NCBI GenBank assembly: GCA_043825615.1
Contig: JBDRRS010000014.1
Coordinates: 31,029-95,028 of the forward strand
DNA length: 64,000 bases
From: a bacterium
GTDB taxonomy: Bacteria; CG03
Reading direction: 5' to 3'
This document shows positions 28,744-37,867 of this stretch, one piece after another; within the stretch, counting starts at the first letter, position 1; each line of letters starts with the position of its first letter. The notes beneath the pieces are model-generated. The model was not told where the DNA came from. It searched no databases and worked only from the letters and a program-made list of their open reading frames with translations. A program made the position numbers and the translations under genes.

Positions 28744-29747
28744 CAAAAAGAGAAATTGAGAAAATAAAAATTAAGAGATTAAGGGGTTCTATTTCCCCCT
28801 TTAGTAAAGGGGGATTAAGGGGGATTTTCGCTTTACTTTTCACGTTTACCGCTTTACCCTTCACGCTTTACGCAGGCGGGGAGGGGACGACCGCCGCCCA
28901 GTTTTTAAAAATTGCGTTAAACCCGCAAATAGAAGGGAAGGGCGGAGCCGGAGTCGCTTCTTTTAACGACGAAATTTTTTACAATCCCGCTTCAATTTCA
29001 AAAGTAAAGAAAGTCAGCAGCCGGGCGGGCTACGTCTCCTGGTTTGAGGACATTTCCAAGGCGAATGTTTTCTGCGCGGTTCCGCTGGGGCGCAGCGACT
29101 GGAAACTGGCAGGCGACCTGTCATATTTTAAAATCGGGGGGTTAAAGTCATATACGAGTGCGACGGATCCGGGGACAGGGTTTGACAGGAACAGCGCCGC
29201 TTTTTCCGTCGGAGTCGCCAGAGGTGGAGATAAGGTTTCTTTCGGTCTCGTGATAAAAGGAATTTCCGAAAAATACGATGCTGAAAGCGGCTCCGCTTTT
29301 GCGGCTGATGCGGGAGTGATTTTTTCTCCGGCGAATAATATTTCTCTCGGATTTTCCGTCCAGAATTTCGGAACGAAACTTGGAATATCGGATGTTGAGA
29401 AAAAACTGCCTGAAAATAAAAAATTGGGAATATGCTTAAGGCCCGCCGGGATTCTTGAGTTGAATTTTGACATTGATATGCCGTCTGATTCCGATAACCG
29501 CAGTCATTTCGGCGCGGAAATTGAATTTGCGAAGAATTACTTTTTGAGAGCCGGCCAGCAGACATTCGGGGAAATCAGCGGGGCGACTTTCGGTTTCGGG
29601 ATGAAATTTCCCGCTTCTTCACGCTCTTCATGGAGGGGTTCTCCAGCTGTCGGCGAAAGCGAAAACATGATATCGGTGGATTACGGTTATCAGAGCAATC
29701 CGGAATTTGACGCCATTCACAGATTTTCCGTCGGCGTTGAATTTTAA
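28740..29747 (+). CDS. Outer-membrane beta-barrel protein, FadL/PorV-like or PorP/SprF-like, translationally coupled to the upstream gene
   Basis: ATGA start/stop overlap. Has the N-terminal motif QFLKIALNPQIEGKGGAGVASFNDEIFYNPA. Alternating amphipathic strands, and the C-terminus ends in F. Confidence 0.5.
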   Translation: MTKREIEKIKIKRLRGSISPFSKGGLRGIFALLFTFTALPFTLYAGGEGTTAAQFLKIALNPQIEGKGGAGVASFNDEIFYNPASISKVKKVSSRAGYVSWFEDISKANVFCAVPLGRSDWKLAGDLSYFKIGGLKSYTSATDPGTGFDRNSAAFSVGVARGGDKVSFGLVIKGISEKYDAESGSAFAADAGVIFSPANNISLGFSVQNFGTKLGISDVEKKLPENKKLGICLRPAGILELNFDIDMPSDSDNRSHFGAEIEFAKNYFLRAGQQTFGEISGATFGFGMKFPASSRSSWRGSPAVGESENMISVDYGYQSNPEFDAIHRFSVGVEF

Positions 29748-29769
29748 CTTCCCTCCCTCGTATTTTTAG

Positions 29770-29970
29770 ACGGGTAACATTTTTTACCAAATCAAAAATA
29801 AGATACTCAGTTTAGGAACCGAACCAAGACCTTCCTGTTGTGAAAAACTAACAAAAAAAGAAGGGTATTGCATCAGGGTCAGAAACTTCAGAATTCTCTA
29901 CAGAATCGACGACAAGAACAAAGAAATTTTTATCTACAGGGTCAAACACCGGCGGGAAGTATATAGATAG
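29770..29970 (+). pseudogene. RelE/ParE-family toxin remnant (C-terminal half only, no start codon)
   Basis: The translation ...KKEGYCIRVRNFRILYRIDDKNKEIFIYRVKHRREVYR* matches the conserved RelE/ParE C-terminus. There is no ATG/GTG/TTG in frame after the upstream TAG, and no antitoxin gene upstream. Confidence 0.45.
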
Positions 29971-29992
29971 GTCTTTTCCGGGATAATGCTGA

Positions 29993-30400
29993 CTAACCCA
30001 TATCTCTTATGAAGGTTAGCATGCTTTTTTCAAAATCTTCCAACAATTTAAAGTGCGAATTCTTTATCTTACCGTAGATTTCTAAAGCCTGCTGCGCATC
30101 GTAAATATGAGATGTTTTGTTTCTATCTTCCAGCATGTCTATCCATCCCTGGCCGTCTTCAATCATTTTTACCTTGAATGCCTCTTTTATTATCAGGCGG
30201 GGCGTCTCTGATTCAATGCCGGCGTGATTTAATACTGCTTTGGAAAGTTTCCATGCCAGCTCAAACGTGAATTCAAACCTTTGAATTGTTCCGTCAGCCA
30301 CAATGCTGCCCTTAGATAAGTCCTCTCCGAGGGCTTCTTTTAATCTTGCTAAAGCATTTTTGAAATCCGAATAAATTTCATTAATCTTTTCTATGCTCAT
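29993..30400 (-). CDS. hepT: HepT-like toxin (nucleotidyltransferase substrate-binding protein, HI0074 family)
   Basis: 135 aa all-helical protein of the HI0074 type. Overlaps the upstream MNT gene by 20 bp. Confidence 0.65.
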   Translation of the reverse strand: MSIEKINEIYSDFKNALARLKEALGEDLSKGSIVADGTIQRFEFTFELAWKLSKAVLNHAGIESETPRLIIKEAFKVKMIEDGQGWIDMLEDRNKTSHIYDAQQALEIYGKIKNSHFKLLEDFEKSMLTFIRDMG

Positions 30401-30728
30401 AAATCACGCTCCCTTTTGCTAAAATATTTTTTATTAATTTTTCTTTTGTAATTGCGTAAAAATTAATGACATCAAACTTTAAAGGTATTTTCACATCTTC
30501 GTTTAAGGTATGCTTTATTATGTTAAAATCCCTATCCGACCACCCCTTTGCAAAAACGGCTATATCTATATCCGAGGTTCTTTTAAAAATTTTTGTCGTT
30601 CTTGAACCGAATAAAACTATTTTCTCTGCTTTTTTGTATGATAAAATTATTTTTATTATTTGTTCCGCAACAGCATTATCCACGCCGTTAATTACTCTTC
30701 CCGCGTTATTTTGTCTGTTATTTGTCAT
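30381..30728 (-). CDS. mntA: MNT-type minimal nucleotidyltransferase antitoxin (HI0073 family)
   Basis: GS...DIDIAVF nucleotidyltransferase motif (GSRTTKIFKRTSDIDIAVF). 115 aa. Paired with the HepT-like gene. Confidence 0.7.
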   Translation of the reverse strand: MTNNRQNNAGRVINGVDNAVAEQIIKIILSYKKAEKIVLFGSRTTKIFKRTSDIDIAVFAKGWSDRDFNIIKHTLNEDVKIPLKFDVINFYAITKEKLIKNILAKGSVIYEHRKD

Positions 30729-32487
30729 CTGTCATCTTCTTTTGTGCCTGTTTCAGCAGTTTTTTTACGCTTTTGTCTTCGGGGTCAATTTGCAACGCTT
30801 CTTCCGCCAGTTTTATTGCCTCTTCGTATGATTGGCGGTCCAATTTCTGCTGTATCTTTCTTTTCAGTAATCTGATTTCGGCTTCTTTTTCTCTTTTCAA
30901 GCGCTGTTCCTGCGCGCGTATATCCGCCTTTTTCCGGTTATCAATTTCCGTAAGCAGCGATTTGGCTATTTTGTTTTCAGGGGCGATGTTAAATATTTCC
31001 GCAATTGTTTGAGTTGATTTGACATAGTCCTTACTTCGGATATATTTGCGCGCATCTCTTATCAGATTCCTGATTTCCTCGGTTCTTTTCCTCTCCAGTT
31101 CCGCTTCTTTTTTCGCTTGCAGTTCTTCTTCGGACACAGGCGTTTCTTTTTTCATATCAATTTCTTTATTTTTTTCAATATCCCTGAGCAGCGCTCCGGC
31201 CTGCCTGTTTTTCGGGTCGCTCTTGAGGATTTCCGCAATTGTTTCAGCCGCTTTTTCGTAGTCCTTGCTTCTTATAAGTTTGCTGACATCCCGTATTAAG
31301 TTCCTTATTTCAGCGGTTCTTTTTTTCTCCAGTTTTTCCGCTTCTTCCTTTTCTTTTTCCTTTTGCTGTTTTTTCAGTTTTCGGGTTTCCCTGTCCGAAA
31401 GGATTTTATTGATTTCATCATCGCCGATCGTTCTGCCGAACCGGCAGAGAAAAGAAAAATAATGACTCGAAAATCCGCCGCCCATATTCAGAGGGAAGGT
31501 ATATGCGTAATCAATCTGCACTGCTTTGGTGAAGTTGCCGAAAATATTTTGGAAGCAGAAACCTGCGGAAAAGAAGTCGGGGCTTATGCCGCCCCTTAAC
31601 CCGAAATTGCGGAAGAACGGCCAGGTCTCCATAGAGAGGATGTAATTCAGCCGGTCGGAAGTTCTCAGGTAAGAAGCGTTTCTGTAATCGATTTCCAGAT
31701 GGAAAGTCGTATCGTACAGCCGTAGGAATCCTTTTTTATTTAACGCAATTCCGCTTTTGAAAACGAGCGGCACGGCGTCTTTTTCTTTCAGCCCCACGTC
31801 GGCGGGCAGCAGGTTCTGACAGCAGATGCCCACGTTAACTGAATCAAATTTCAGCAGGACTCCTCCGTCAACCGTAAAAGCGTTTTTTGAAGTTCCGCTT
31901 TGAAGGACAGGGTCGGCCGCCGTATATTTATCTTTGTAGGAATATTCATGCCCGAGCAGTTTCAGATTGATTCCCCAGAACGCTTTTTTAAGAGAGAGAA
32001 TGTATGTTGACTCGGAATAAATATCCGAAAGGGAAAGAATATTGCTTCCTGCGCCGAGGATTCCGTATTTGACAGGGATGTTAAAAGCGAGTATATTTTG
32101 TTTCAAAGAATCGTCAAGCGATGAGAGAAGGTTGTTATAACCGGCTCCTGCCTCTATCCTTTTAACGCCGGGCACTCTTGCGGGGTTTGAAAAAATTGAC
32201 AGGGCGTCCCCGTCCATTGCGACGTTGCCGCCGGCGAGGGCCGCCTCCCGCGCGTTTGAAAAGGGCTGGTTGAAAGCCGCATGGGAATGGGATATTAAGA
32301 TAATAAACAGGAAAAAGATTACACTTAATTTCCCGATTCTTGTTACGGGCAGCGGAGCTGCCTGCCGGAGACGCTCACGTGTGCGTCTCGCTCCGGCAAT
32401 CCTGCGGGCATACTGTAAAACTCCTCGGATTGACGGCTCCGTCAGGCACCATCCGCAACCCGGAAGATACTCACATGTTTTTTTCAT
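30718..32487 (-). CDS. Outer-membrane beta-barrel protein (FadL/PorV- or PorP/SprF-like) with a long C-terminal coiled-coil/TPR-like extension containing a tandem duplication
   Basis: N-terminal motif NAREAALAGGNVAMDGDALSIFSNPA. The ATG at 32487 forms an ATGA overlap with the stop of the giant upstream gene. The longest ORF extends to 32592. The C-terminal 250 aa are K/E-rich with two copies of an approximately 55-aa unit (...EIRNLIRD..K.IRSKDY.K...TIAEI...). Confidence 0.5.
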   Translation of the reverse strand: MKKTCEYLPGCGWCLTEPSIRGVLQYARRIAGARRTRERLRQAAPLPVTRIGKLSVIFFLFIILISHSHAAFNQPFSNAREAALAGGNVAMDGDALSIFSNPARVPGVKRIEAGAGYNNLLSSLDDSLKQNILAFNIPVKYGILGAGSNILSLSDIYSESTYILSLKKAFWGINLKLLGHEYSYKDKYTAADPVLQSGTSKNAFTVDGGVLLKFDSVNVGICCQNLLPADVGLKEKDAVPLVFKSGIALNKKGFLRLYDTTFHLEIDYRNASYLRTSDRLNYILSMETWPFFRNFGLRGGISPDFFSAGFCFQNIFGNFTKAVQIDYAYTFPLNMGGGFSSHYFSFLCRFGRTIGDDEINKILSDRETRKLKKQQKEKEKEEAEKLEKKRTAEIRNLIRDVSKLIRSKDYEKAAETIAEILKSDPKNRQAGALLRDIEKNKEIDMKKETPVSEEELQAKKEAELERKRTEEIRNLIRDARKYIRSKDYVKSTQTIAEIFNIAPENKIAKSLLTEIDNRKKADIRAQEQRLKREKEAEIRLLKRKIQQKLDRQSYEEAIKLAEEALQIDPEDKSVKKLLKQAQKKMTDDK

Positions 32488-35400
32488 TTTGCTATGACGA
32501 CAGCGCCGTTCTTTGTGACGCCGTCTTTTTCCACCCGGTATATGTATATGCCGCTTTCGGCGGTTTTTCCCTCTTTGCTTTTGCCGTACCACCGGGGCTC
32601 GTCCGTTATTTCCTTTATTATTTTGCCGGAGAGAGAGTAAATCGTTATTTTGAACGGCTTGTTAAGGCCGACGAATTCAATGTAATCGTTTATCCCGTCG
32701 TTGTTGGGCGTAAAGATTTTTCTTTTCGGAAGATAGTCGGGAAGCCCGAAGGTCTGATTGCTTTTTAACGGGAAGACGCCGAACAGACCCAGATTGTAAA
32801 TGTTTGCGGAAATCGTATCGGAAGAGGTGTTGACTTCTCCGCCGAGGTACCGCCAGTTGAAACCGTCCCAGTAAAAAATTCCGAGGTCTGTTTCATCACT
32901 CCCGCTTTTGTCTTCCTGCCCGTCGCCGTCAAAGTCAAAATAAATCAAAGTTAATTTTACCCCGTCGGAAAAGTTCTCTGATGAGGAAAGCGAGGTTTTT
33001 TTATCGAGAAGCGCCCTGCTTGTTCCCGTCGCAGCGGGGTTTGTCCCTTCTTCAAGTTGAATTCCGTAAACGGCTTTTCCGGAGTTCAGTGCGCTGTTGA
33101 TGTGCGGGTTATCAGTTCCGGCGTGATTTTCACCGGCGGTGGAAATTTTTATTTTGAGCGCCATAGCGTCTTTAACCGCGCCTGCGGGAAAGACGATGTT
33201 TATTCTGGAGTCCCCCAGAATTTCAACGTTCTTTCCGGTGGATGTAATCTGCTCGTACTGGTATGCTCTTATGTCAATTCCGCTCTGTTTTCCGGTTACG
33301 TTTCCGGTACTTACCACGAGCGAAAAGAACCCTTCGTTTCCGAAAATTACTTCGCCTTTGAAGGTGTGCGTGCCCTGGTCAGCGGCGGTAAATTTATAGT
33401 TCCCGGGTAGTTCTGCGGCGGTGTCGGTCGAACTGAAATTTATCCAGTCGGTATAATTTACGGCAATGCCGTCGGGATTTCTGCATTTTACTGTTACGCT
33501 TGCGGGAACCCCCGCTAAAATAGGGGAAGGGACGCCTGATACGTCAAATGATGTCGGAATATATATGCCGTATGGGGCAGCCACCGACGCCTGATTGGAA
33601 ATAGATGAGGTGGAGAAGCAAAATTCAACGCTGTCAATTGATTTTACGGCGAAATAGTAGGTAACGCCCGCCGTCAGGCCGCTTACGGTGAAGTTCTCCG
33701 TTCCGCCCGGCGCGGCGGGAATAATGCTGTTGCCGATTTCCTGCGAGGAGTTCCACCACAGCGTGCCGTCGCCGGTGGAATTGAAAGTGGCGCGGCGGAT
33801 TGAGTACTCTTTCACTGAGTTGCTTAAAGGCAAATCCGCAGGGGCTGTCCAGGAAAGATGCACTCTTCCGTCATAAGAACTGTCCGGCAGGGCGGAAAGG
33901 GAGGTTATCGTTTCGGGCGGCTGTGAATCAAAATAAAACTGGACCTGGAAACTGAAATAATTATCATCCGTGTCATAAGCGGCAGCGGTTAATGTGTAAG
34001 TCGACCCGGAAACCCAGTTTGAGGAATCAAAACCGTAAGACCAGTTCGTCGTTCCCGACGTCAAAACGCTTGTTGATATAACTGTCCAGCCGGAATCGCT
34101 CCAGTAAGTAGTTCCGGCGCTGATGGTCAGAAGGACTTTTTTTATTCCGGTGTAGGCGTCCGTAGAAGTTCCGCTGATAACATCCATGAAACCGTATGAC
34201 TTGTTTTCAAGGGGGAAATTTATGTTTCCCGCGGGGGAACTGATGTCAAGCGTCCTTGCGGCTGCGACGTTGGAATTTGTGGAAACGTTTCCCGCCTCGT
34301 CAATCGTCCAGACGGAAAAGTAATATGTCGCCTGCATGACCAGACCCGTAACGATTTTCAAGCACGGGTCTCCGGGCGAGACGGCGCTGGTCGGGATTTC
34401 AATTTCATAAACGGTTGAAGCCCACGGCTTTGACTGCTCGGTTGAATAATCGATTCTGAAACTGCTGCCGCCGGGTAAAATTTCGGACATTCCGTTGTCC
34501 CCGGGCGCCGACCAGACGAGTGAAATTTTTTCGGGCTCGCCGAGCATAGCTGCCGCGAGGTCGCCGACGGCGAGCGGCGAGACGACGTCGGGGGTTTTCG
34601 TTGATGTGCTGTTTGATATTTCCGACCAGTTGTATGCTTCGTCTCTCGTCCAGAGACGGAAATGATAAGTCGTATCGTCCGCAAGACCCGTGATTATGCG
34701 GGTTTGAAGGTCCCTGGGATTGACGTTGTTTGTCGTTATGGATACCTGACAGGAAGAAGTTGACCAGGAAACTTCGGAGAAAGTCGAGAGCTGGATTTTA
34801 AACTCTGCCGAAAAACCTCCCGTTGTACCGTAATTGATGTAATCGTCGTCTCCCGGCGCGCTCCATGAGAGTTCTATTGACGATGAAGAGCCCTGAACCT
34901 GAAAAGAATTGAGAGAGGTAACATTCCCCGGCGCCACGAGGTCAGGCGGCGCGGCGACCGTCGCGCCGTTGGACAGTTCGCTCCAGTTCGGGACTTCGTC
35001 GGCTGTCCAGATATGGAAATAATAAGTAGCGTTGGGCGTAAGCCCCGTAACAGTGTGCCGGATGACGGTTCCCGGGTTAACGCCGGATGTGGAAATGGTT
35101 ATTGCTGCGGAGGATGTTGACCACACGACTCCCGCCCAGGTTGACTTCTGGATTTTGTATTCGCTCCCCGGGGGAAGAGCGCCTCTTGTCCCGTTATCGC
35201 CGGGCGCCGTCCAGACGAGGTCTATTTCGCCTTCATAATAGCCCCGGGTTCCGGTAAGGGTCGTTATCTTATTCGGCGGGTTCAGGTCAAGCGTTTTTGT
35301 TGAGGTTGTATTTGAGTATTCTTCGGAGATGTTGCCGCTTTCATCGTAAGTCCAGAGGACAAAATAATATGTGGTGTCGTCCGTAAGACCTGTGATTATT

Positions 35401-37796
35401 TTTTCCTGCGCATCTCCCGGAAAAACGGACGAAGTGGATATGGCCACCTGCGCCTCCGATACGTCCGGCGTAAACGCGGAGGAAGTAGAGTGCTGGATTT
35501 TGAAGACCGCCGAAAATCCGGTCGTTGAACCGTAGTTGATATATTCATCGTCTCCGGGGGCGCTCCAGTTGAGTTTTATTTCGGTGGAAGAACCTGAAAC
35601 CTGATATGAGGCGAGCGCGCTCACTGTCCCGGGCGCCGTAACGTCAATCTGAGCCATTGCGGTTGTCCCGTCGGACAGAAGGGAAACGTTCGGGACCTCG
35701 TCTTCCGTCCAGATACGAAAATAATAAGTCGCCCCCGGAATGAGTCCCGTCAGGGCCAATGACTCGGATTTCCCGAAATCCGTATTCTCAACCGGAATCT
35801 GAGTTTGCGCATCAGCCGTTGACCACACAACCGAAAAGTCCGTTGAGCGCTGGATATAGTACTGCCCGCGTATGATTGACTGCATTGTTGCGTTGTCCCC
35901 GGGGGCTGTCCAGGTTAAGTTAATTTTTCCTTCGGTTAAGCCCGTTTCCGCCGATAAGTCCGAAATTTTTGAAGGGCTGACGTTGTCTGCAGCGCTTGCC
36001 GCATCTGCCGCGTTTGCCGGCGGTTCTATTACGCTTTTGTTGCTGACGTCGTCCACTGCCCGGAGAAGAAAGTAATAACTTGTGGAACTCAAAAGATAAA
36101 TGCTTTTTTGCTCCGCCCCGCCAGGGGAAAGAGGACTCCATAACTGCCCGTATGAGGCGGATGCGTTCCACCAGTTGCTTCTGGCTGCACCCGGCGGCGC
36201 CTCTGTCGAGTATTTCAGAGTGTAATAGGCGGCTTTCCCGCCTGCGGTTGCGTCTTCGTGCGGAGCAATCCAGGTAAGTTTTATTTCGTCGGGGTTTTCG
36301 CCGGTCAGCGCGGAAAGGGTTGTTATTGATTCGGGAGCGATGCTGTCGGGGTCGCCTGTCCGCTGAACATAAATATCGCTGACCGTTGTTCTTTCATCCT
36401 GCCAGCAGATTATTGCTCCGCTTAGACCGTCGTCGGTAATCTGTGGAAACTTCTGATATCCTGCCAATGCCGCACCCGAAGAAATCAACGTCCCTGAATA
36501 TTCTTCCCCCCATGGCAGGTTGCCGTCAATATCATATTTTTGGGTGTAAATGTCGCCGTTGTCCTGCCAGCAGATTATTGCCCCGCCTGTTTCTTCCGGA
36601 ATTATTTTTATGTTCTCCTGCGTTCCGGTCCGGTTACAAACCGCTATTCCAAGATTGTTTCCCGGATTCCATACAGGCAAACCGTCGGAGCCGAACCTTT
36701 CGCAATAAATATCACCGATAGGGAGGTCTTCGTTTTCGAAGTCCCTCCACGCAATAACCGCCGAGCCGGCTGCTTCGCCTTTTACGATAACGGGCTCCAT
36801 CTGATGAAGACCGGCATTGCATACGATTGAGCCGCCCGCTTCCCAGAGGTCGCTTCCGTCGGTTCCGTCAAGACGCTGGGCGTAAATGTCGTAAAGGTCG
36901 TTTGAATCCCTTTCCTGCCAGCAGAGCAGGGCTCCCCCCGCTCCGTCTTCCGTCATTTCAACGTCGGGAGTGTAGTCGGGGGGTTTATCCCCGTTTGTAT
37001 TGGAGAACACCTGTTTCTCGCCCCAGACGGTCACGCCCGTTGAGTTAATTCTTTTGGAATAAATATCCCAATACCCGTCAGCGTCTCTGTTGTCGTGCCA
37101 GCAAATTATCGCTCCATTATTGTTGTCGCTTATGATGACAGGATAATTCTGGAAATTCAAATCGCTGCAGACGGGAATGCCGTTATCCGTCCATTCAGGA
37201 GTTCCTCCTCCCGTAATTTTCTGGGCGTAGATGTCCTCGCTTCCATTTCTCTTATCGACCCAGCAGATTATTGCGCCCCCCGCGCCGTCTTTGACAATTC
37301 CGATTCTGTATTTATCGAATGTGGCGTCGGTTGTAATGTTCGTAAACGTAGAAATTGCGATTCCGTTAGCTGTCCACTGAGGGTTTCCCGAAGAGTTAAG
37401 ACGCTGGCTGTAAATGCCGTAATATGTTCCGTCTCTTTTGTCCCACCAGGCAATTATTGCCCCTCCCGCATCATCGGAGACAATTGCGGGTTTTAACTGG
37501 TCGTTGGATGCGTTTGAGACGGCAACGCCGCCCAAAGACCACTTTACGGTTCCTTCCGTATTTATTGCCTGCGCGTAAATATCCCAATACCCGTCAGCGT
37601 CTCTGTTGTCGTGCCAGCAAATTATCGCCCCGAGCGTGCCGTCGGAAATAATTTGAGGATAGTCCTGACGGTATGCCTCGGTTGACAGAGCGACGCCTCC
37701 CGCCGTCCAGATATTCTGACCGGCGGCAAAACAGAGAGCAGATGTTAGATACAGGATGCAGGATAAAAAAACAGAAAGACAGAAGGTCTTTTTCAT
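32484..37796 (-). CDS. Giant secreted repeat protein (1770 aa): eight propeller-like WxDxR...DIYAQ repeats, seven FN3-like modules, and a C-terminal CHU_C / T9SS type-B-like sorting domain
   Basis: Signal peptide MKKTFCLSVFLSCILYLTSALCFA. Repeats GGAIICWHDNRDADGYWDIYAQ x8. FN3-like modules each with (L/W)TAPGD(N/D). The C-terminus has FTPNNDGINDYIEF...GIYIYRV, like the gliding-motility C-terminal domain. Confidence 0.65.
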   Translation of the reverse strand: MKKTFCLSVFLSCILYLTSALCFAAGQNIWTAGGVALSTEAYRQDYPQIISDGTLGAIICWHDNRDADGYWDIYAQAINTEGTVKWSLGGVAVSNASNDQLKPAIVSDDAGGAIIAWWDKRDGTYYGIYSQRLNSSGNPQWTANGIAISTFTNITTDATFDKYRIGIVKDGAGGAIICWVDKRNGSEDIYAQKITGGGTPEWTDNGIPVCSDLNFQNYPVIISDNNNGAIICWHDNRDADGYWDIYSKRINSTGVTVWGEKQVFSNTNGDKPPDYTPDVEMTEDGAGGALLCWQERDSNDLYDIYAQRLDGTDGSDLWEAGGSIVCNAGLHQMEPVIVKGEAAGSAVIAWRDFENEDLPIGDIYCERFGSDGLPVWNPGNNLGIAVCNRTGTQENIKIIPEETGGAIICWQDNGDIYTQKYDIDGNLPWGEEYSGTLISSGAALAGYQKFPQITDDGLSGAIICWQDERTTVSDIYVQRTGDPDSIAPESITTLSALTGENPDEIKLTWIAPHEDATAGGKAAYYTLKYSTEAPPGAARSNWWNASASYGQLWSPLSPGGAEQKSIYLLSSTSYYFLLRAVDDVSNKSVIEPPANAADAASAADNVSPSKISDLSAETGLTEGKINLTWTAPGDNATMQSIIRGQYYIQRSTDFSVVWSTADAQTQIPVENTDFGKSESLALTGLIPGATYYFRIWTEDEVPNVSLLSDGTTAMAQIDVTAPGTVSALASYQVSGSSTEIKLNWSAPGDDEYINYGSTTGFSAVFKIQHSTSSAFTPDVSEAQVAISTSSVFPGDAQEKIITGLTDDTTYYFVLWTYDESGNISEEYSNTTSTKTLDLNPPNKITTLTGTRGYYEGEIDLVWTAPGDNGTRGALPPGSEYKIQKSTWAGVVWSTSSAAITISTSGVNPGTVIRHTVTGLTPNATYYFHIWTADEVPNWSELSNGATVAAPPDLVAPGNVTSLNSFQVQGSSSSIELSWSAPGDDDYINYGTTGGFSAEFKIQLSTFSEVSWSTSSCQVSITTNNVNPRDLQTRIITGLADDTTYHFRLWTRDEAYNWSEISNSTSTKTPDVVSPLAVGDLAAAMLGEPEKISLVWSAPGDNGMSEILPGGSSFRIDYSTEQSKPWASTVYEIEIPTSAVSPGDPCLKIVTGLVMQATYYFSVWTIDEAGNVSTNSNVAAARTLDISSPAGNINFPLENKSYGFMDVISGTSTDAYTGIKKVLLTISAGTTYWSDSGWTVISTSVLTSGTTNWSYGFDSSNWVSGSTYTLTAAAYDTDDNYFSFQVQFYFDSQPPETITSLSALPDSSYDGRVHLSWTAPADLPLSNSVKEYSIRRATFNSTGDGTLWWNSSQEIGNSIIPAAPGGTENFTVSGLTAGVTYYFAVKSIDSVEFCFSTSSISNQASVAAPYGIYIPTSFDVSGVPSPILAGVPASVTVKCRNPDGIAVNYTDWINFSSTDTAAELPGNYKFTAADQGTHTFKGEVIFGNEGFFSLVVSTGNVTGKQSGIDIRAYQYEQITSTGKNVEILGDSRINIVFPAGAVKDAMALKIKISTAGENHAGTDNPHINSALNSGKAVYGIQLEEGTNPAATGTSRALLDKKTSLSSSENFSDGVKLTLIYFDFDGDGQEDKSGSDETDLGIFYWDGFNWRYLGGEVNTSSDTISANIYNLGLFGVFPLKSNQTFGLPDYLPKRKIFTPNNDGINDYIEFVGLNKPFKITIYSLSGKIIKEITDEPRWYGKSKEGKTAESGIYIYRVEKDGVTKNGAVVIAK

Positions 37797-37867
37797 CGGA
37801 AGTATTCAGTCAAACACGTCATCTATTTCATGGTTTTTCAATACTCAGTGCTCAGTGCTCAGTACTC

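Noticed and set aside
32340-32768. Numerous + strand ORFs (33057-33410, 35032-35238, 36080-37651 and others) inside the giant - strand gene
   Set aside because: Shadow ORFs in a long, repeat-rich coding region. The - strand frame is continuous and has signal-peptide, repeat and sorting-domain logic.
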